Assembly (NCBI GenBank): GCA_964433415.1
Contig: CAYSQM010000005.1
Span: 10,449 to 74,448, forward strand
Reading direction: 5' to 3'
DNA from: an uncultured Pseudomonadota bacterium
Lineage (GTDB): Bacteria; Babelota; Babeliae; Babelales; CAIQNR01
Length of the DNA stretch: 64,000 bases
Part shown: one piece after another, positions 18,391 through 27,700 of the stretch
How positions within the stretch are numbered: the stretch's first letter is position 1
How the letters are laid out: each line of letters starts with the position of its first letter
The notes under the pieces: model-generated
Seen by the model: only the letters and a program-made list of their open reading frames with translations
Database searches by the model: none
What the model was told of the DNA's origin: nothing
Program-made: the position numbers and the translations under genes

Positions 18391-19803
18391 ATGATTCCAA
18401 GGAGTTTTGTGAAAAAATTAATTCGTGAATACCTTTATCCTTCTTCTTTATCAACAGTAGGGGAAAGCTATGGGACTATTTTTAAATATTTTATGCCTGA
18501 GTATATTATTGCTTTGATTCTGTATTCAATGCCTTATGTAGTAGATGCTCGATGGGTTGCTTCTTTGGGGTCAATGGAGGCATATGCAAGTCTTGGCATT
18601 ACTAATACCTGGCTTCATTTTATTGTGAAAATTATTGAAGGTGTTTCTATTGGAACTGTTGTATTGACAGGCCAAGCAAATGGTTCAAAAAACTATGAAT
18701 TTGCAGGCGAAAGGTTAGTAAATTCATTTTGGAGCATGGTTTTTATGGGTGCAGGAATTTCTGCATTTTTATTTTTTGGAGCAAATTACTTCTTTTATTG
18801 GTATCGTGTTTCAGATGCAGTGGCGGTTTATGGTATTCCTTTCTTAAAATTACGTTCTATTGGAATCTTTTTTACTTGTCTTTATTTCGCACTTATAGGT
18901 TTTTTAAAAGGAATAAAAAAAGTACGCGAATCAATGTATATCTTTGTTATTGGTTGTGTTTTTTTTCTTTTTTTTGATTATGCGTTAATTTTTGGGATGT
19001 GGGGTTTTCCTGCAATGGGCGTGCAAGGTTCGGCTGTTGCAACTATTATTCAGTATATAAGTATGTGTTTATCTGCCGCTATTTATATATTTTTTTCAAA
19101 GGATTTAAAAAAATATTCTGTTCAGCTTTTTTCTGTTTTTACTACCAGGCATCAAATTAAAGAACTTTTTTTATTAAGCTTGCCAGTTATGATTGATAAA
19201 GCAGCTTTAAGTGCATCATATGTATGGCTTGGTAAGTGTTTGGCTCCTATGGGAACCTCTACTCTTGCAGGTTTTTCTGCTTTAAAAGATGTTGAAAGAT
19301 TTACTTTTTTACCAGCAATTGCCTTGGCTTCAGTGGTTACTTTTTTAGTAAGTAATGCATGGGCTCAAGAAGATTGGGAAGGCATTAAAAATACTATTAA
19401 GCGAGTAATTATTGTAGCAGCACTAATGGTTTTTGTATTGGCATTTATTTGTTGTTTATATGCAGAGAATCTTTTGTCTATTTTTGATACTAAGGGTGAA
19501 TTTTCTCATTGGACGGCAAAAACACTTCCTATCTTAAGTGTGCTTATTTTCTTGGACTTAACTCAGATAATACTTTCAGCAGCATTGCGTGGTTTGTCAG
19601 ATGTTAAAACGGTAATGTGGACACGTTTAGTAGTTTGTTTAGGGTTTTTTGTTCCTGTTTCTTATTTTTTTTCAACGCTTGAAATTTCTAATACTGTATT
19701 AAAATTTGTGTTAATTTATGGTTCACTTTATCTTGCTGATGGTATTATGACTTTAATTTATGTCCGTCGATTTTATACTGATGAGTGGAAGATTAAAAAA
19801 TAA
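18391..19803 (+). CDS. MATE family efflux transporter
   Basis: 470 aa with about 12 TM helices. The two-fold repeated topology and the length are typical of NorM/DinF-type MATE proteins. Confidence 0.75.
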   Translation: MIPRSFVKKLIREYLYPSSLSTVGESYGTIFKYFMPEYIIALILYSMPYVVDARWVASLGSMEAYASLGITNTWLHFIVKIIEGVSIGTVVLTGQANGSKNYEFAGERLVNSFWSMVFMGAGISAFLFFGANYFFYWYRVSDAVAVYGIPFLKLRSIGIFFTCLYFALIGFLKGIKKVRESMYIFVIGCVFFLFFDYALIFGMWGFPAMGVQGSAVATIIQYISMCLSAAIYIFFSKDLKKYSVQLFSVFTTRHQIKELFLLSLPVMIDKAALSASYVWLGKCLAPMGTSTLAGFSALKDVERFTFLPAIALASVVTFLVSNAWAQEDWEGIKNTIKRVIIVAALMVFVLAFICCLYAENLLSIFDTKGEFSHWTAKTLPILSVLIFLDLTQIILSAALRGLSDVKTVMWTRLVVCLGFFVPVSYFFSTLEISNTVLKFVLIYGSLYLADGIMTLIYVRRFYTDEWKIKK

Positions 19804-19813
19804 AAGGTGATAT

Positions 19814-20098
19814 ATGCAGATAACGAGAGAAGAATTACTTAAAATAGCAAAAATAGCACGTATAGCAGTCGATGAGCTTGAGGTAGAACTTTATATAAAA
19901 CAGTTGCAGGATGTCCTTTCTTACGCTGCATGTGTAAAAAAAATAGCAGCAGAAATCGATGAACAAGTTTCTTGGAAAAATATAAATGTTGTTCGTGAGG
20001 ATGTTGTTAAAAGATTTGATTCTGAAGAAATATTAAAAAGAGCTCCAGATAGACAAGAAGATTATTTTGTAGTGCCACGTATTTTAGAAAACAAGTAG
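19814..20098 (+). CDS. gatC: Asp/Glu-tRNA amidotransferase subunit C
   Basis: 94 aa. It has the typical GatC pattern (LAKIARIAV...EL..., REDVV, VVPRILE) and lies immediately upstream of gatA. Confidence 0.85.
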   Translation: MQITREELLKIAKIARIAVDELEVELYIKQLQDVLSYAACVKKIAAEIDEQVSWKNINVVREDVVKRFDSEEILKRAPDRQEDYFVVPRILENK

Positions 20099-20108
20099 GA
20101 GAGGTAGA

Positions 20109-21545
20109 ATGAGCAAATTAGCATTTTGTACTATAAAAGAATTACGTCATTTACTTGATACTAAAGAAGTTTCATGTGAAGAGGTCCTTGATTATTATCT
20201 AGGACAATCAGAAAAACATAAAAATATTAATGCAACCATTGAAGTTTTCGATAAATTATCAATTAAATGTGAAAATACGCAGGGGCCATTGTCAGGTATT
20301 CCTGGTTACTTAAAAGATAATATTGTACAAAAAGGGAGAAATGCTTCTTGTGCTTCAAAAATGTTGCAAGATTTTAATTCTCCTTATGATGCTACGGCAA
20401 CTCTTCGTTTAAAATCAGCTGGAGCTTTATTGCTTGGTAGGGCAAATATGGATGAATTTGCTATGGGTTCATCAGGTGAAACTTCAGCATTTGGAGTTAC
20501 TAAAAATCCTTGGAATACAGAATGTGTAGCAGGTGGTTCAAGTAGTGGCTCTATCGCATCAGTTGCTGCAGGAATGGCATGTTGGGCATTGGGATCAGAA
20601 ACAGGTGGGTCTGTTAGATTGCCAGCAGCACTTTGTGGTTTGGTAGGTCTTAAGCCAACCTATGGTGCGGTTTCTCGTTTTGGATTAATTGCTTATGGTT
20701 CATCACTTGATCAAATTGGGGTAACAGCTCGTACGGTGTATGATACTGCGCTAGTATTTTCAGTAATTGCAGGTAATGACCCTCATGATTCTTCAACTCT
20801 TTCGCGTGAGGGGCAAGATTATACTAAGTCATTAGATGGTTCTTTTAAAAAGGGACTACGTATTGGCGTAGTGAAAGAAACACTTGATGGCCAAGGATTA
20901 AACTCAGAAATTAAAGAAGCTGTAGAAGTAGCTTTAAAAAAGTATGAAGAAATGGGCGCTGTACTTGTGCCGTTGTCTATGAAAACTTTGGAATATGGTG
21001 CTGCATGTTATTTTATTATTAGTCGTGCAGAAGCTGCTTCAAATTTAGCTCGATTTGATGGAGTTCGTTACGGAACACGTGCAAAAGATACAAAAAATTT
21101 AATTGATATGTACGAAAAAACTCGCCAAGAACTGTTTGGGCCAGAAGTTAAAGCGCGCATTTTAATTGGAAATTATGTACTTTCTGTTGGGCATGCAGAT
21201 GAGTTTTATATTAATGCACAAAAAGTTCGTACCGCTATTAGAAAAGAATTTATGGATGTTTTTAATGAAGTCGATCTTATTGCAATGCCAACTCATTCAA
21301 TGCCAGCTTTTAAAATTGGTGAATTTGATAATGATAAATTAGCGATGGATTTGCAAGATTACTTTACTGCTCCAATGAATTTAGCAGGAATTCCAGCACT
21401 TTCTATTCCAGTTGGTCAAACGCATGACAAAAAACCTATAGGTATGCAATTAGTCGGTCCTCATTGTTCTGAAGAATTGCTTTTTCAGGTTGCGTATGCT
21501 TATGAACAAAAAACTGTTTGGCATAAGTTGCATCCTAAAATATAA
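20109..21545 (+). CDS. gatA: Asp/Glu-tRNA amidotransferase subunit A
   Basis: 478 aa. It carries the amidase signature GGSSSGS...GSETGGSVRLPAA and is collinear with GatA throughout. Confidence 0.92.
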   Translation: MSKLAFCTIKELRHLLDTKEVSCEEVLDYYLGQSEKHKNINATIEVFDKLSIKCENTQGPLSGIPGYLKDNIVQKGRNASCASKMLQDFNSPYDATATLRLKSAGALLLGRANMDEFAMGSSGETSAFGVTKNPWNTECVAGGSSSGSIASVAAGMACWALGSETGGSVRLPAALCGLVGLKPTYGAVSRFGLIAYGSSLDQIGVTARTVYDTALVFSVIAGNDPHDSSTLSREGQDYTKSLDGSFKKGLRIGVVKETLDGQGLNSEIKEAVEVALKKYEEMGAVLVPLSMKTLEYGAACYFIISRAEAASNLARFDGVRYGTRAKDTKNLIDMYEKTRQELFGPEVKARILIGNYVLSVGHADEFYINAQKVRTAIRKEFMDVFNEVDLIAMPTHSMPAFKIGEFDNDKLAMDLQDYFTAPMNLAGIPALSIPVGQTHDKKPIGMQLVGPHCSEELLFQVAYAYEQKTVWHKLHPKI

Positions 21546-21633
21546 TTTCATATTGAAATAATTATTGCATTTTTTATTTTATTTCTCTTAAACTTATAAG
21601 TAAGAACTACTTAAGTAGTGAAGGGGAAGTGGG

Positions 21634-22572
21634 ATGAGAAATAGAAAAAATAGTTTTAATATATTTATTATTTTTTTAATTGTAATAGTTAATTGTCAGG
21701 GTTCGCGTGAACGGATTTTTGTAGAAAGAGGATCATTGTCGCATATTAAGGATTCAAAAGATACTTTTTATAAAAAACGTAAAATGACTGTTTCGTTGCC
21801 GATTTCTTGTTATTCAAAAGAGAGTCCTTTAGCTAGAATAACTCCCTATAAAGTGAGTAATTTTATTAAAAAATCATATGTGGATTTTAGGGATATTTTT
21901 ACTGACATTCCAACTTTTGATACATTAAAAACTATTACAGCCTTTGTGCCATTTTATCTTATTGGGCGTAAAGTTGACGATGGTCTACATAAAGTTTTTT
22001 ATGATGCAGACAATCACAAAAATATTAATCAGCCACCAAAATATATGGAAATTGTTTTAAATGATCTATTTTTCCCCTTGCCATTTATTGCGTTAGGTTC
22101 ATTGGCATTACTACATAAAGATCCTTATGAGCGTCGTACTTCACAAGTATTTGCAATGGGAGTTTTTGCAACATGGGCTACTAAGTCCTTAATTAAGTCT
22201 TTAAAGGTTGATGCAGGATTGCGCCCATTAAATGAACATTTTGATCCAGATTTTCGTGTTCATGGAGGAAATCCTTCTGGTCATACGGCTCTTGCTGCAT
22301 TTATGGCAACCTATTATGGTTTCTATAAAGGTAAAAATTATGGGATACCTTTAGGCTTATATACTGGATTAGTCGGAGCTTTAGCTGTTACTGTTAATCG
22401 GCATTATTTTTCACAATTAGTTGCGGGTGCAGGATTGGGGGTTATGTTTGGCATAGCTGCTCATAAAGTAAGATTAAAACTTGATAATGAAATATATGAA
22501 AATAGAATTTCATTTGGTATGACAACTGATTGTTATGGAGCAACAGCATTTGGGTTAGCATATAATTTTTGA
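21634..22572 (+). CDS. PAP2-superfamily phosphatase (membrane)
   Basis: 312 aa. The three PAP2 motifs are present: KxxxxxxRP (KSLKVDAGLRP), PSGH (NPSGHT) and an SR..H...D-like motif (NRHYFSQLVAG). Confidence 0.7.
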   Translation: MRNRKNSFNIFIIFLIVIVNCQGSRERIFVERGSLSHIKDSKDTFYKKRKMTVSLPISCYSKESPLARITPYKVSNFIKKSYVDFRDIFTDIPTFDTLKTITAFVPFYLIGRKVDDGLHKVFYDADNHKNINQPPKYMEIVLNDLFFPLPFIALGSLALLHKDPYERRTSQVFAMGVFATWATKSLIKSLKVDAGLRPLNEHFDPDFRVHGGNPSGHTALAAFMATYYGFYKGKNYGIPLGLYTGLVGALAVTVNRHYFSQLVAGAGLGVMFGIAAHKVRLKLDNEIYENRISFGMTTDCYGATAFGLAYNF

Positions 22573-22822
22573 AACTATTGAGCTTAAAGATATACTAAGA
22601 CAAGGTAGTTGAACTTTATTTTTGAAACATAGAGCTTTTGTTTATCTTTTTTATAAATATATTTTAAAATAAGCTCTTTTTTTATTAAAAATTGCATAAT
22701 ACAAAATTTTATTGAGTTTGTTTTTTTTCTTATGGTACCATCGTAGTATAATCTTAAATAAGGTTATTAGATAATAGTGAATTGTTAAATAAATAATATT
22801 AGGCTTAAATTAAGGAGAGATC

Positions 22823-22981
22823 ATGGAAGGATATTGCGTAAAATGTAAGGCAAGACGCGAGATAATAGATGCTAAAGATGTGCAAATGAAGGCAAAGGGT
22901 GGAAAAGAGCGTCCAGCTATAAAAGGTAAATGTCAAACCTGCGGTACTGTTATTTTTAGAATTATGCCTTCAAAGAAATAA
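22823..22981 (+). CDS. small zinc-ribbon protein (DUF5679-like)
   Basis: 52 aa, below the ORF-track size cutoff: MEGYCVKCKARREIIDAKDVQMKAKGGKERPAIKGKCQTCGTVIFRIMPSKK. It has two CxxC pairs and a strong RBS (AAGGAGAG) 4 nt upstream. Confidence 0.6.
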   Translation: MEGYCVKCKARREIIDAKDVQMKAKGGKERPAIKGKCQTCGTVIFRIMPSKK

Positions 22982-23054
22982 AATCCCCTTTTTCAAAATA
23001 AGTTCCTGTGGTATCTTAGAGGCAGTTAGTCTATAAGATTTTGCAGGGGGATGC

Positions 23055-24032
23055 ATGGAAGAATATTGGCAGGGGAAGTTTAAAATAGGTAATCTGGAAG
23101 TTCCACGTTTTATTGGGGGGCCGTTGGATGGGATTACTGATTCTCCGTTTAGAAAATTGGTTCGTAAGTTTTCTAAGGATGAGTTGCTTTATGGAGAAAT
23201 GCGCCATGTAGCATCTATTGCTAATGATAAAGCAGGAATAAAGGCATTACGATTTGAACAAGTTGAGCGCCCTTTTAATTTTCAAGTTTCTGCAAACAAA
23301 ATCGATTATATAGAAAAAGCTTGCGAGCGAATTCTTGCTGCGCAGGTTGATTGTCTTGATCTTAACATTGGATGTCCTGCTAAGAATGTAGTTAAATCGC
23401 AGGCAGGATCATTTTTAATGAGTGATCCAGTAAGACTTAAACATATTCTTACACTTTTTAGAAAATTAGTTCCTATTCCATTTACTGTAAAAATTCGTGC
23501 TGGATTTAAGCAAAAGAATGCGATAGATATTGCCCAATTAATTCAAGATTGTGGTGCTGATGCAATAGCTATTCATCCTCGTTTGCAAACGCAAATGTTT
23601 CAAGGGGTGCCAGATTATGCTTTGGCTGCTGAAGTCAAAAAAAGAATTTCTATTCCTGTTTTATTATCCGGTGGTATTGTTAATTGGAAAACTGCCAAAA
23701 ATGCTTATGAAATGACAGGTGTAGATGGATTTTTAATTGGTCGTGGTATTTGGGCAAAGCCTTGGAAATTACATGAATTAAATGAGCATGCAGCAGGAAG
23801 AGAGTTCATTGTTTCGCCAGAAGTTATTTTAGAATGTGCGCTTGAGCAACTAGAGAGTATGGTTGAATATTATGGAGATCAGGGTCTGTATGCTTATCGT
23901 AAGCATTTGCCATTTTATATAAAAGGTAAACCAACTGCTTCAGAAGTTCGCGCTCGGTTAGTGCAGTCAAATTCAATTGAAGAAGTTAAAGAAGGATTAA
24001 GGAGTTTTTTCTGTCGTGAAGATCTTGAATAA
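23055..24032 (+). CDS. dus: tRNA-dihydrouridine synthase
   Basis: 325 aa. It has a TIM-barrel Dus pattern: PLDGITDSPFR, LNIGCPAKNV (catalytic Cys) and VKIRAG. Confidence 0.85.
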   Translation: MEEYWQGKFKIGNLEVPRFIGGPLDGITDSPFRKLVRKFSKDELLYGEMRHVASIANDKAGIKALRFEQVERPFNFQVSANKIDYIEKACERILAAQVDCLDLNIGCPAKNVVKSQAGSFLMSDPVRLKHILTLFRKLVPIPFTVKIRAGFKQKNAIDIAQLIQDCGADAIAIHPRLQTQMFQGVPDYALAAEVKKRISIPVLLSGGIVNWKTAKNAYEMTGVDGFLIGRGIWAKPWKLHELNEHAAGREFIVSPEVILECALEQLESMVEYYGDQGLYAYRKHLPFYIKGKPTASEVRARLVQSNSIEEVKEGLRSFFCREDLE

Positions 24033-24891
24033 AAAAAATAATCTGTTGTTCTTTTTTTTTGCTGCGTTATTTATAGGATTATCTTATCTAGCGGGCAGTC
24101 TTTTTTTTAAGAATTCATTTAATCAAAAACCAGAAGAAGTAGGTTTTTTTGATACTATTGCATCTTCTTGCATCTATCCATTATTAAAGATACAGCAGGC
24201 ATTTGTTGATCCGTTTAGGAAGAAAATTTCTTATCATATTGCTCATGAACAGCTTTATAAAAAGGCTTTACTTATTCAGGAAGAAAATGATTCATTAAAA
24301 GCTCATATAATATCTCTTGAAGCAACTGCTGTTTTTGCTGAAAAGATAAAGGAAGTGGTTGAATTTCAATCTCGTTATACTACTGATTATGCAAAGCTTG
24401 CTCGTGTTATCATGCGTCATATCAGTACTGATGAGCATAGCTGTCTTATTGATAGTGGGAGTATGCAAGGTGTGCAAAATTCTATGGCTGTGATTCATAA
24501 AAATAATCTTATTGGTAAAGTAACACATGTTTATCCTTATTATAGCAAGGTTTTATTGATTACTGATCAACGATGCCCAGTTTCTTGTTATTGTATTAAA
24601 ACAAAAACAGAAGGTATTTTTCAGGGGGTTAATTCAACTGAAATTGGTCAAATGCTTCATGTTGATAGATTACATGAATTAAAAGTTGGTGATACATTGA
24701 TTTCAAGCGGTGAAGGACTGATATTCCCTGAAGGGTTTGCTATCGGTACGGTAACAGCCTTTAATCCTGATGGGATACATTTTTCTATTCAGGTTGCGCC
24801 ATTTGTTGATCTTTATACCATTGATTATTGTTATGTCATCCAAAAAGGACAGGGCTTTTCTCATTATTCTGAATCAGAAGTTGTTTCATAG
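24016..24891 (+). CDS. mreC: rod shape-determining protein MreC
   Basis: 291 aa with a GTG start that overlaps the end of dus by 17 bp. It has an N-terminal TM, a coiled coil, and an MreC beta-domain pattern (LIGKVTHVYPYYSKVLLITD..., SGEGLIFPEGFAIGTV). Confidence 0.75.
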   Translation: MKILNKKNNLLFFFFAALFIGLSYLAGSLFFKNSFNQKPEEVGFFDTIASSCIYPLLKIQQAFVDPFRKKISYHIAHEQLYKKALLIQEENDSLKAHIISLEATAVFAEKIKEVVEFQSRYTTDYAKLARVIMRHISTDEHSCLIDSGSMQGVQNSMAVIHKNNLIGKVTHVYPYYSKVLLITDQRCPVSCYCIKTKTEGIFQGVNSTEIGQMLHVDRLHELKVGDTLISSGEGLIFPEGFAIGTVTAFNPDGIHFSIQVAPFVDLYTIDYCYVIQKGQGFSHYSESEVVS

Positions 24892-25607
24892 TTATCATTT
24901 ATAAAATAATTATTTTTATCTGAAATCCAAATGATAGTTCCTTCTAATGGAGCTAACTTTTGTAAAGTGGCAAGGACTAAATGAAAAGAATCTGTTGCGT
25001 CAATAAGATAGTTATTCAATGCTTGTTTCCCTGTGAAAATTGTACCATTTGACCATAATTTTTGATCATTAAGTGGTAGATTTCTTGCTTGAGCAATAGA
25101 AGTTATTAGTTCTGTATAGGCGTCAAGAGAAGCTTGCTCTACAGTGAGATTTTTATCAGAGATATTAAATAGGGTATTGCTGTCATTATTAATATCGCCA
25201 ATAAGGCTTCCTGGCATTGCAATGAGATAGTCAGTGGCAGATGCAATATAGTAATTATTTGCAAAACAAAAGTTTTCTATAAAACCAATGATCGGTTTTG
25301 GGTATTGTTTTTTTAATCTATTAATAGTCATAAAAATTTCTTGGGAACTTCCTAATGATCCGTTATCTTTGCAATTAAATTTTAATAAAATTGCTTTCAT
25401 GGAGTGATCTTTAAAAAATTTAGTTAAAGTGTTTCTAAAGGGTGCTGCATTGGTAACAGGTTCATTAAATTCTATCACTCCTATCTTTGTATGATGAGTA
25501 AGGTAGCCTTTATAATCATTTTTTATTGAGTCTAAGAGTGATGGTCCAAATTTAAGAAAAATGAAAATAAAAAAGATGGTGATTAATGTATTTGCTAAAA
25601 ATTTCAT
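24864..25607 (-). CDS. SppA (S49 signal peptide peptidase)-like membrane protein, probably non-catalytic
   Basis: 247 aa. An N-terminal TM is followed by a ClpP/crotonase-fold pattern collinear with B. subtilis SppA. Where SppA has AASGGYY it reads CFANNYY, so the nucleophile Ser is Ala. Its 3' end overlaps the mreC 3' end by 28 bp (convergent). Confidence 0.55.
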   Translation of the reverse strand: MKFLANTLITIFFIFIFLKFGPSLLDSIKNDYKGYLTHHTKIGVIEFNEPVTNAAPFRNTLTKFFKDHSMKAILLKFNCKDNGSLGSSQEIFMTINRLKKQYPKPIIGFIENFCFANNYYIASATDYLIAMPGSLIGDINNDSNTLFNISDKNLTVEQASLDAYTELITSIAQARNLPLNDQKLWSNGTIFTGKQALNNYLIDATDSFHLVLATLQKLAPLEGTIIWISDKNNYFINDNYETTSDSE

Positions 25608-25710
25608 GATAAAAACCTCATAAAGCTATTAATTTTTAATTTAAACGTAATTATAACAATTTTTTTTGACTTTCCCATTTCTTTGCTTTACAATTTTGAC
25701 TCATAATAAA

Positions 25711-25786
25711 GGGCGGTTAGCTCAGTTGGTAGAGCATCAGTCTTACAAACTGGGGGTCGCAGGTTCGAGTCCCGCACCGCCCACCA
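25711..25786 (+). tRNA. tRNA-Val (anticodon TAC)
   Basis: The acceptor GGGCGGT pairs with ACCGCCC, the anticodon loop is CTTACAA, the T-loop is GGTTCGAGTCC, and CCA is encoded. Confidence 0.9.
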
Positions 25787-25860
25787 ATATTCTGAATAAT
25801 TTATTTCAGAATTTAGGTTGTTAAATTTAAGATTGATGAAAAAGTTCTTTTGAAATTTGT

Positions 25861-25936
25861 TCCTCGATAGCTCAGCTGGTAGAGCAAATGACTGTTAATC
25901 ATTGGGTCGCAGGTTCGAGTCCTGCTCGAGGAGCCA
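25861..25936 (+). tRNA. tRNA-Asn (anticodon GTT)
   Basis: The acceptor TCCTCGA pairs with TCGAGGA, the anticodon stem is AATGA/TCATT with loop CTGTTAA, and CCA is encoded. Confidence 0.9.
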
Positions 25937-25954
25937 TTCAATTAAAATGGTAGA

Positions 25955-26031
25955 GGAGCTGTAGCTCAGTTGGTTAGAGCGTCCGCCTGTCACGCGGAAG
26001 GTCGCGAGTTCGAGTCTCGTCAGCTCCGCCA
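25955..26031 (+). tRNA. tRNA-Asp (anticodon GTC)
   Basis: The acceptor GGAGCTG pairs with CAGCTCC, the anticodon stem is TCCGC/GCGGA with loop CTGTCAC, and CCA is encoded. Confidence 0.9.
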
Positions 26032-26148
26032 TTTTAATTTCTTTATAAAAATCTTATAATTTTTTGATTATTCAAATTTAATTAATTTCTATAAGTGATA
26101 TACTTTCTTATTTTTTTTTAAATTTCAGTTTAATAAGTTAGCGAAATT

Positions 26149-26862
26149 ATGAAAAAGTTATTAACTTTTTGCCTTATTTTTTTTAGTCTGCAGGCATCTG
26201 AATTAGAAAAATTTTATGAAAAATATAGATTACCAGAAGATAAAGTTTCTACTTTTTATACTGATTCTGATATGATTTTTTTTTCAAAGTATTATGAAAG
26301 ATTTAAACTTTTGCCAGAATTTTTTATTAAAGATGAAAAAATAGGTAGACTTATTAACGCAGAGCGTATGCGTCGAGTCATTGAAAATAATAATCTTATC
26401 TACTTGGATGTTCCGCAAAAATATATTTATAAATCTTTAAATAAGATTAAAATCTTAGCAGATACCATTGAAGCTAGTGATCTTGGTCATCTATCTTTGC
26501 AAGAAGTAAAAGCAATAGTAACCTTTATTGAAAAGACTGGTTATCATGATTGGCATAGCGCGAATATCTTAAGAAATATAAAAACTAATAAGTTGACTCT
26601 TATTGATACAGAAAATAATGCTTTTGTGAAAAATAAAGAAGAGCTAGGTTGTTTTTATAGAGAAGATTCTGATGGGATTTTCTTTTTATTTGAAAATTAT
26701 ATGCTTCCAGCAATGCAAGAAAATGCCTTGAGTTGGTTTAAGACTTATTTAATAGAGCGTAAGGTTGAAGATGTTCTGTCTAATTTTAAACCTTTACCTG
26801 TTAATCAAGAGCATGATGATGCAATAGGAATTGATTTTGAAGTAGTGAAGGCTGAATATTAA
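26149..26862 (+). CDS. hypothetical secreted protein with protein-kinase-like/APH-like catalytic motifs
   Basis: 237 aa with a signal peptide (MKKLLTFCLIFFSLQA). YHDWHSANIL matches the kinase catalytic loop (D..H..N, as in HRDLKPENIL or HGDLHPGNIL). LTLIDTE, 19 residues later, matches the Mg-binding IDxx/DFG position. Confidence 0.5.
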   Translation: MKKLLTFCLIFFSLQASELEKFYEKYRLPEDKVSTFYTDSDMIFFSKYYERFKLLPEFFIKDEKIGRLINAERMRRVIENNNLIYLDVPQKYIYKSLNKIKILADTIEASDLGHLSLQEVKAIVTFIEKTGYHDWHSANILRNIKTNKLTLIDTENNAFVKNKEELGCFYREDSDGIFFLFENYMLPAMQENALSWFKTYLIERKVEDVLSNFKPLPVNQEHDDAIGIDFEVVKAEY

Positions 26863-26914
26863 GCAAACACTAAATCTCAATCTAAGTTATAAAAATATAA
26901 AAAAATTAAGTGAT

Positions 26915-26946
26915 AAAAAAGGCTCGAGTTGAATCGAGCCTTTTTT
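26915..26946. terminator. bidirectional rho-independent terminator between convergent genes
   Basis: The hairpin GGCTCGA-GTTGAA-TCGAGCC is flanked by A6 on the left and T6 on the right. Confidence 0.75.
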
Positions 26947-27004
26947 ACTTGATCAAAATTGATCTTGTGTGGTGCGTTTTCACGCGCTATTTGTTGCCTC
27001 AGGA

Positions 27005-27535
27005 TTATTGAGCAGCAATAATATCAATATCAAAAATCAAATCAGCATTTGCAGGAATAATATCTCCTGCTCCAGCTGCACCATAACCAAGGGCTGCAGG
27101 GATTAAAACTTCACGTTTTTCACCAATGCTCATAGATAAGACTGCTTCATCCCATCCTTTAATCACTTGCCCAACGCCTACAACAAACTTAAATGGCTGA
27201 CCACGGTCAACTGAGCTATCAAACTTAGTTCCTTTTTGGCCATTTTCACTTAACCAGCCTGTGTAATGAACAGTAACTACTTGGCCTTTTTGTGGTTTTG
27301 CAGCATCAGCTGGTGCTGGAGTAATTTCTTTAAATTTTAATTCAGAATTATTTGTTTGCATTGAATTTTCCTCTTGACCATTTTCTACGGTCATTACCGC
27401 TTCTGGAGACCCTGCGACAGCATTTGATGTTTGTTCTTCAGAAGTATTAGTTACCACTTCTTGAGTATAATACCAATAACCAGCGCCTGCGCCACCAACA
27501 GCCATACATAATATAACAACATAACGATTATTCAT
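27005..27535 (-). CDS. FKBP-type peptidyl-prolyl cis-trans isomerase, membrane-anchored
   Basis: 176 aa. An N-terminal TM is followed by a canonical FKBP domain (VTVHYTGWL...GTKFDSSVDRGQPFKFVVGVGQVIKGWDEAV...IPAALGYG...IPANADLIFDIDI). Confidence 0.88.
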   Translation of the reverse strand: MNNRYVVILCMAVGGAGAGYWYYTQEVVTNTSEEQTSNAVAGSPEAVMTVENGQEENSMQTNNSELKFKEITPAPADAAKPQKGQVVTVHYTGWLSENGQKGTKFDSSVDRGQPFKFVVGVGQVIKGWDEAVLSMSIGEKREVLIPAALGYGAAGAGDIIPANADLIFDIDIIAAQ

Positions 27536-27700
27536 TTTTTCTCCCTTGTTTATGAATAAGCCTATTTTTCTATTAGGATAAGGTTTTTTTAGAAAAAAAC
27601 TAGCATTGTCTTTACTTTTTTGTACAGTTAATAACTATTGATTCTATAATTGTTTAGAGAGTATGTATGTTTTTAAAACATACAAAGCGATAGGGATGCG

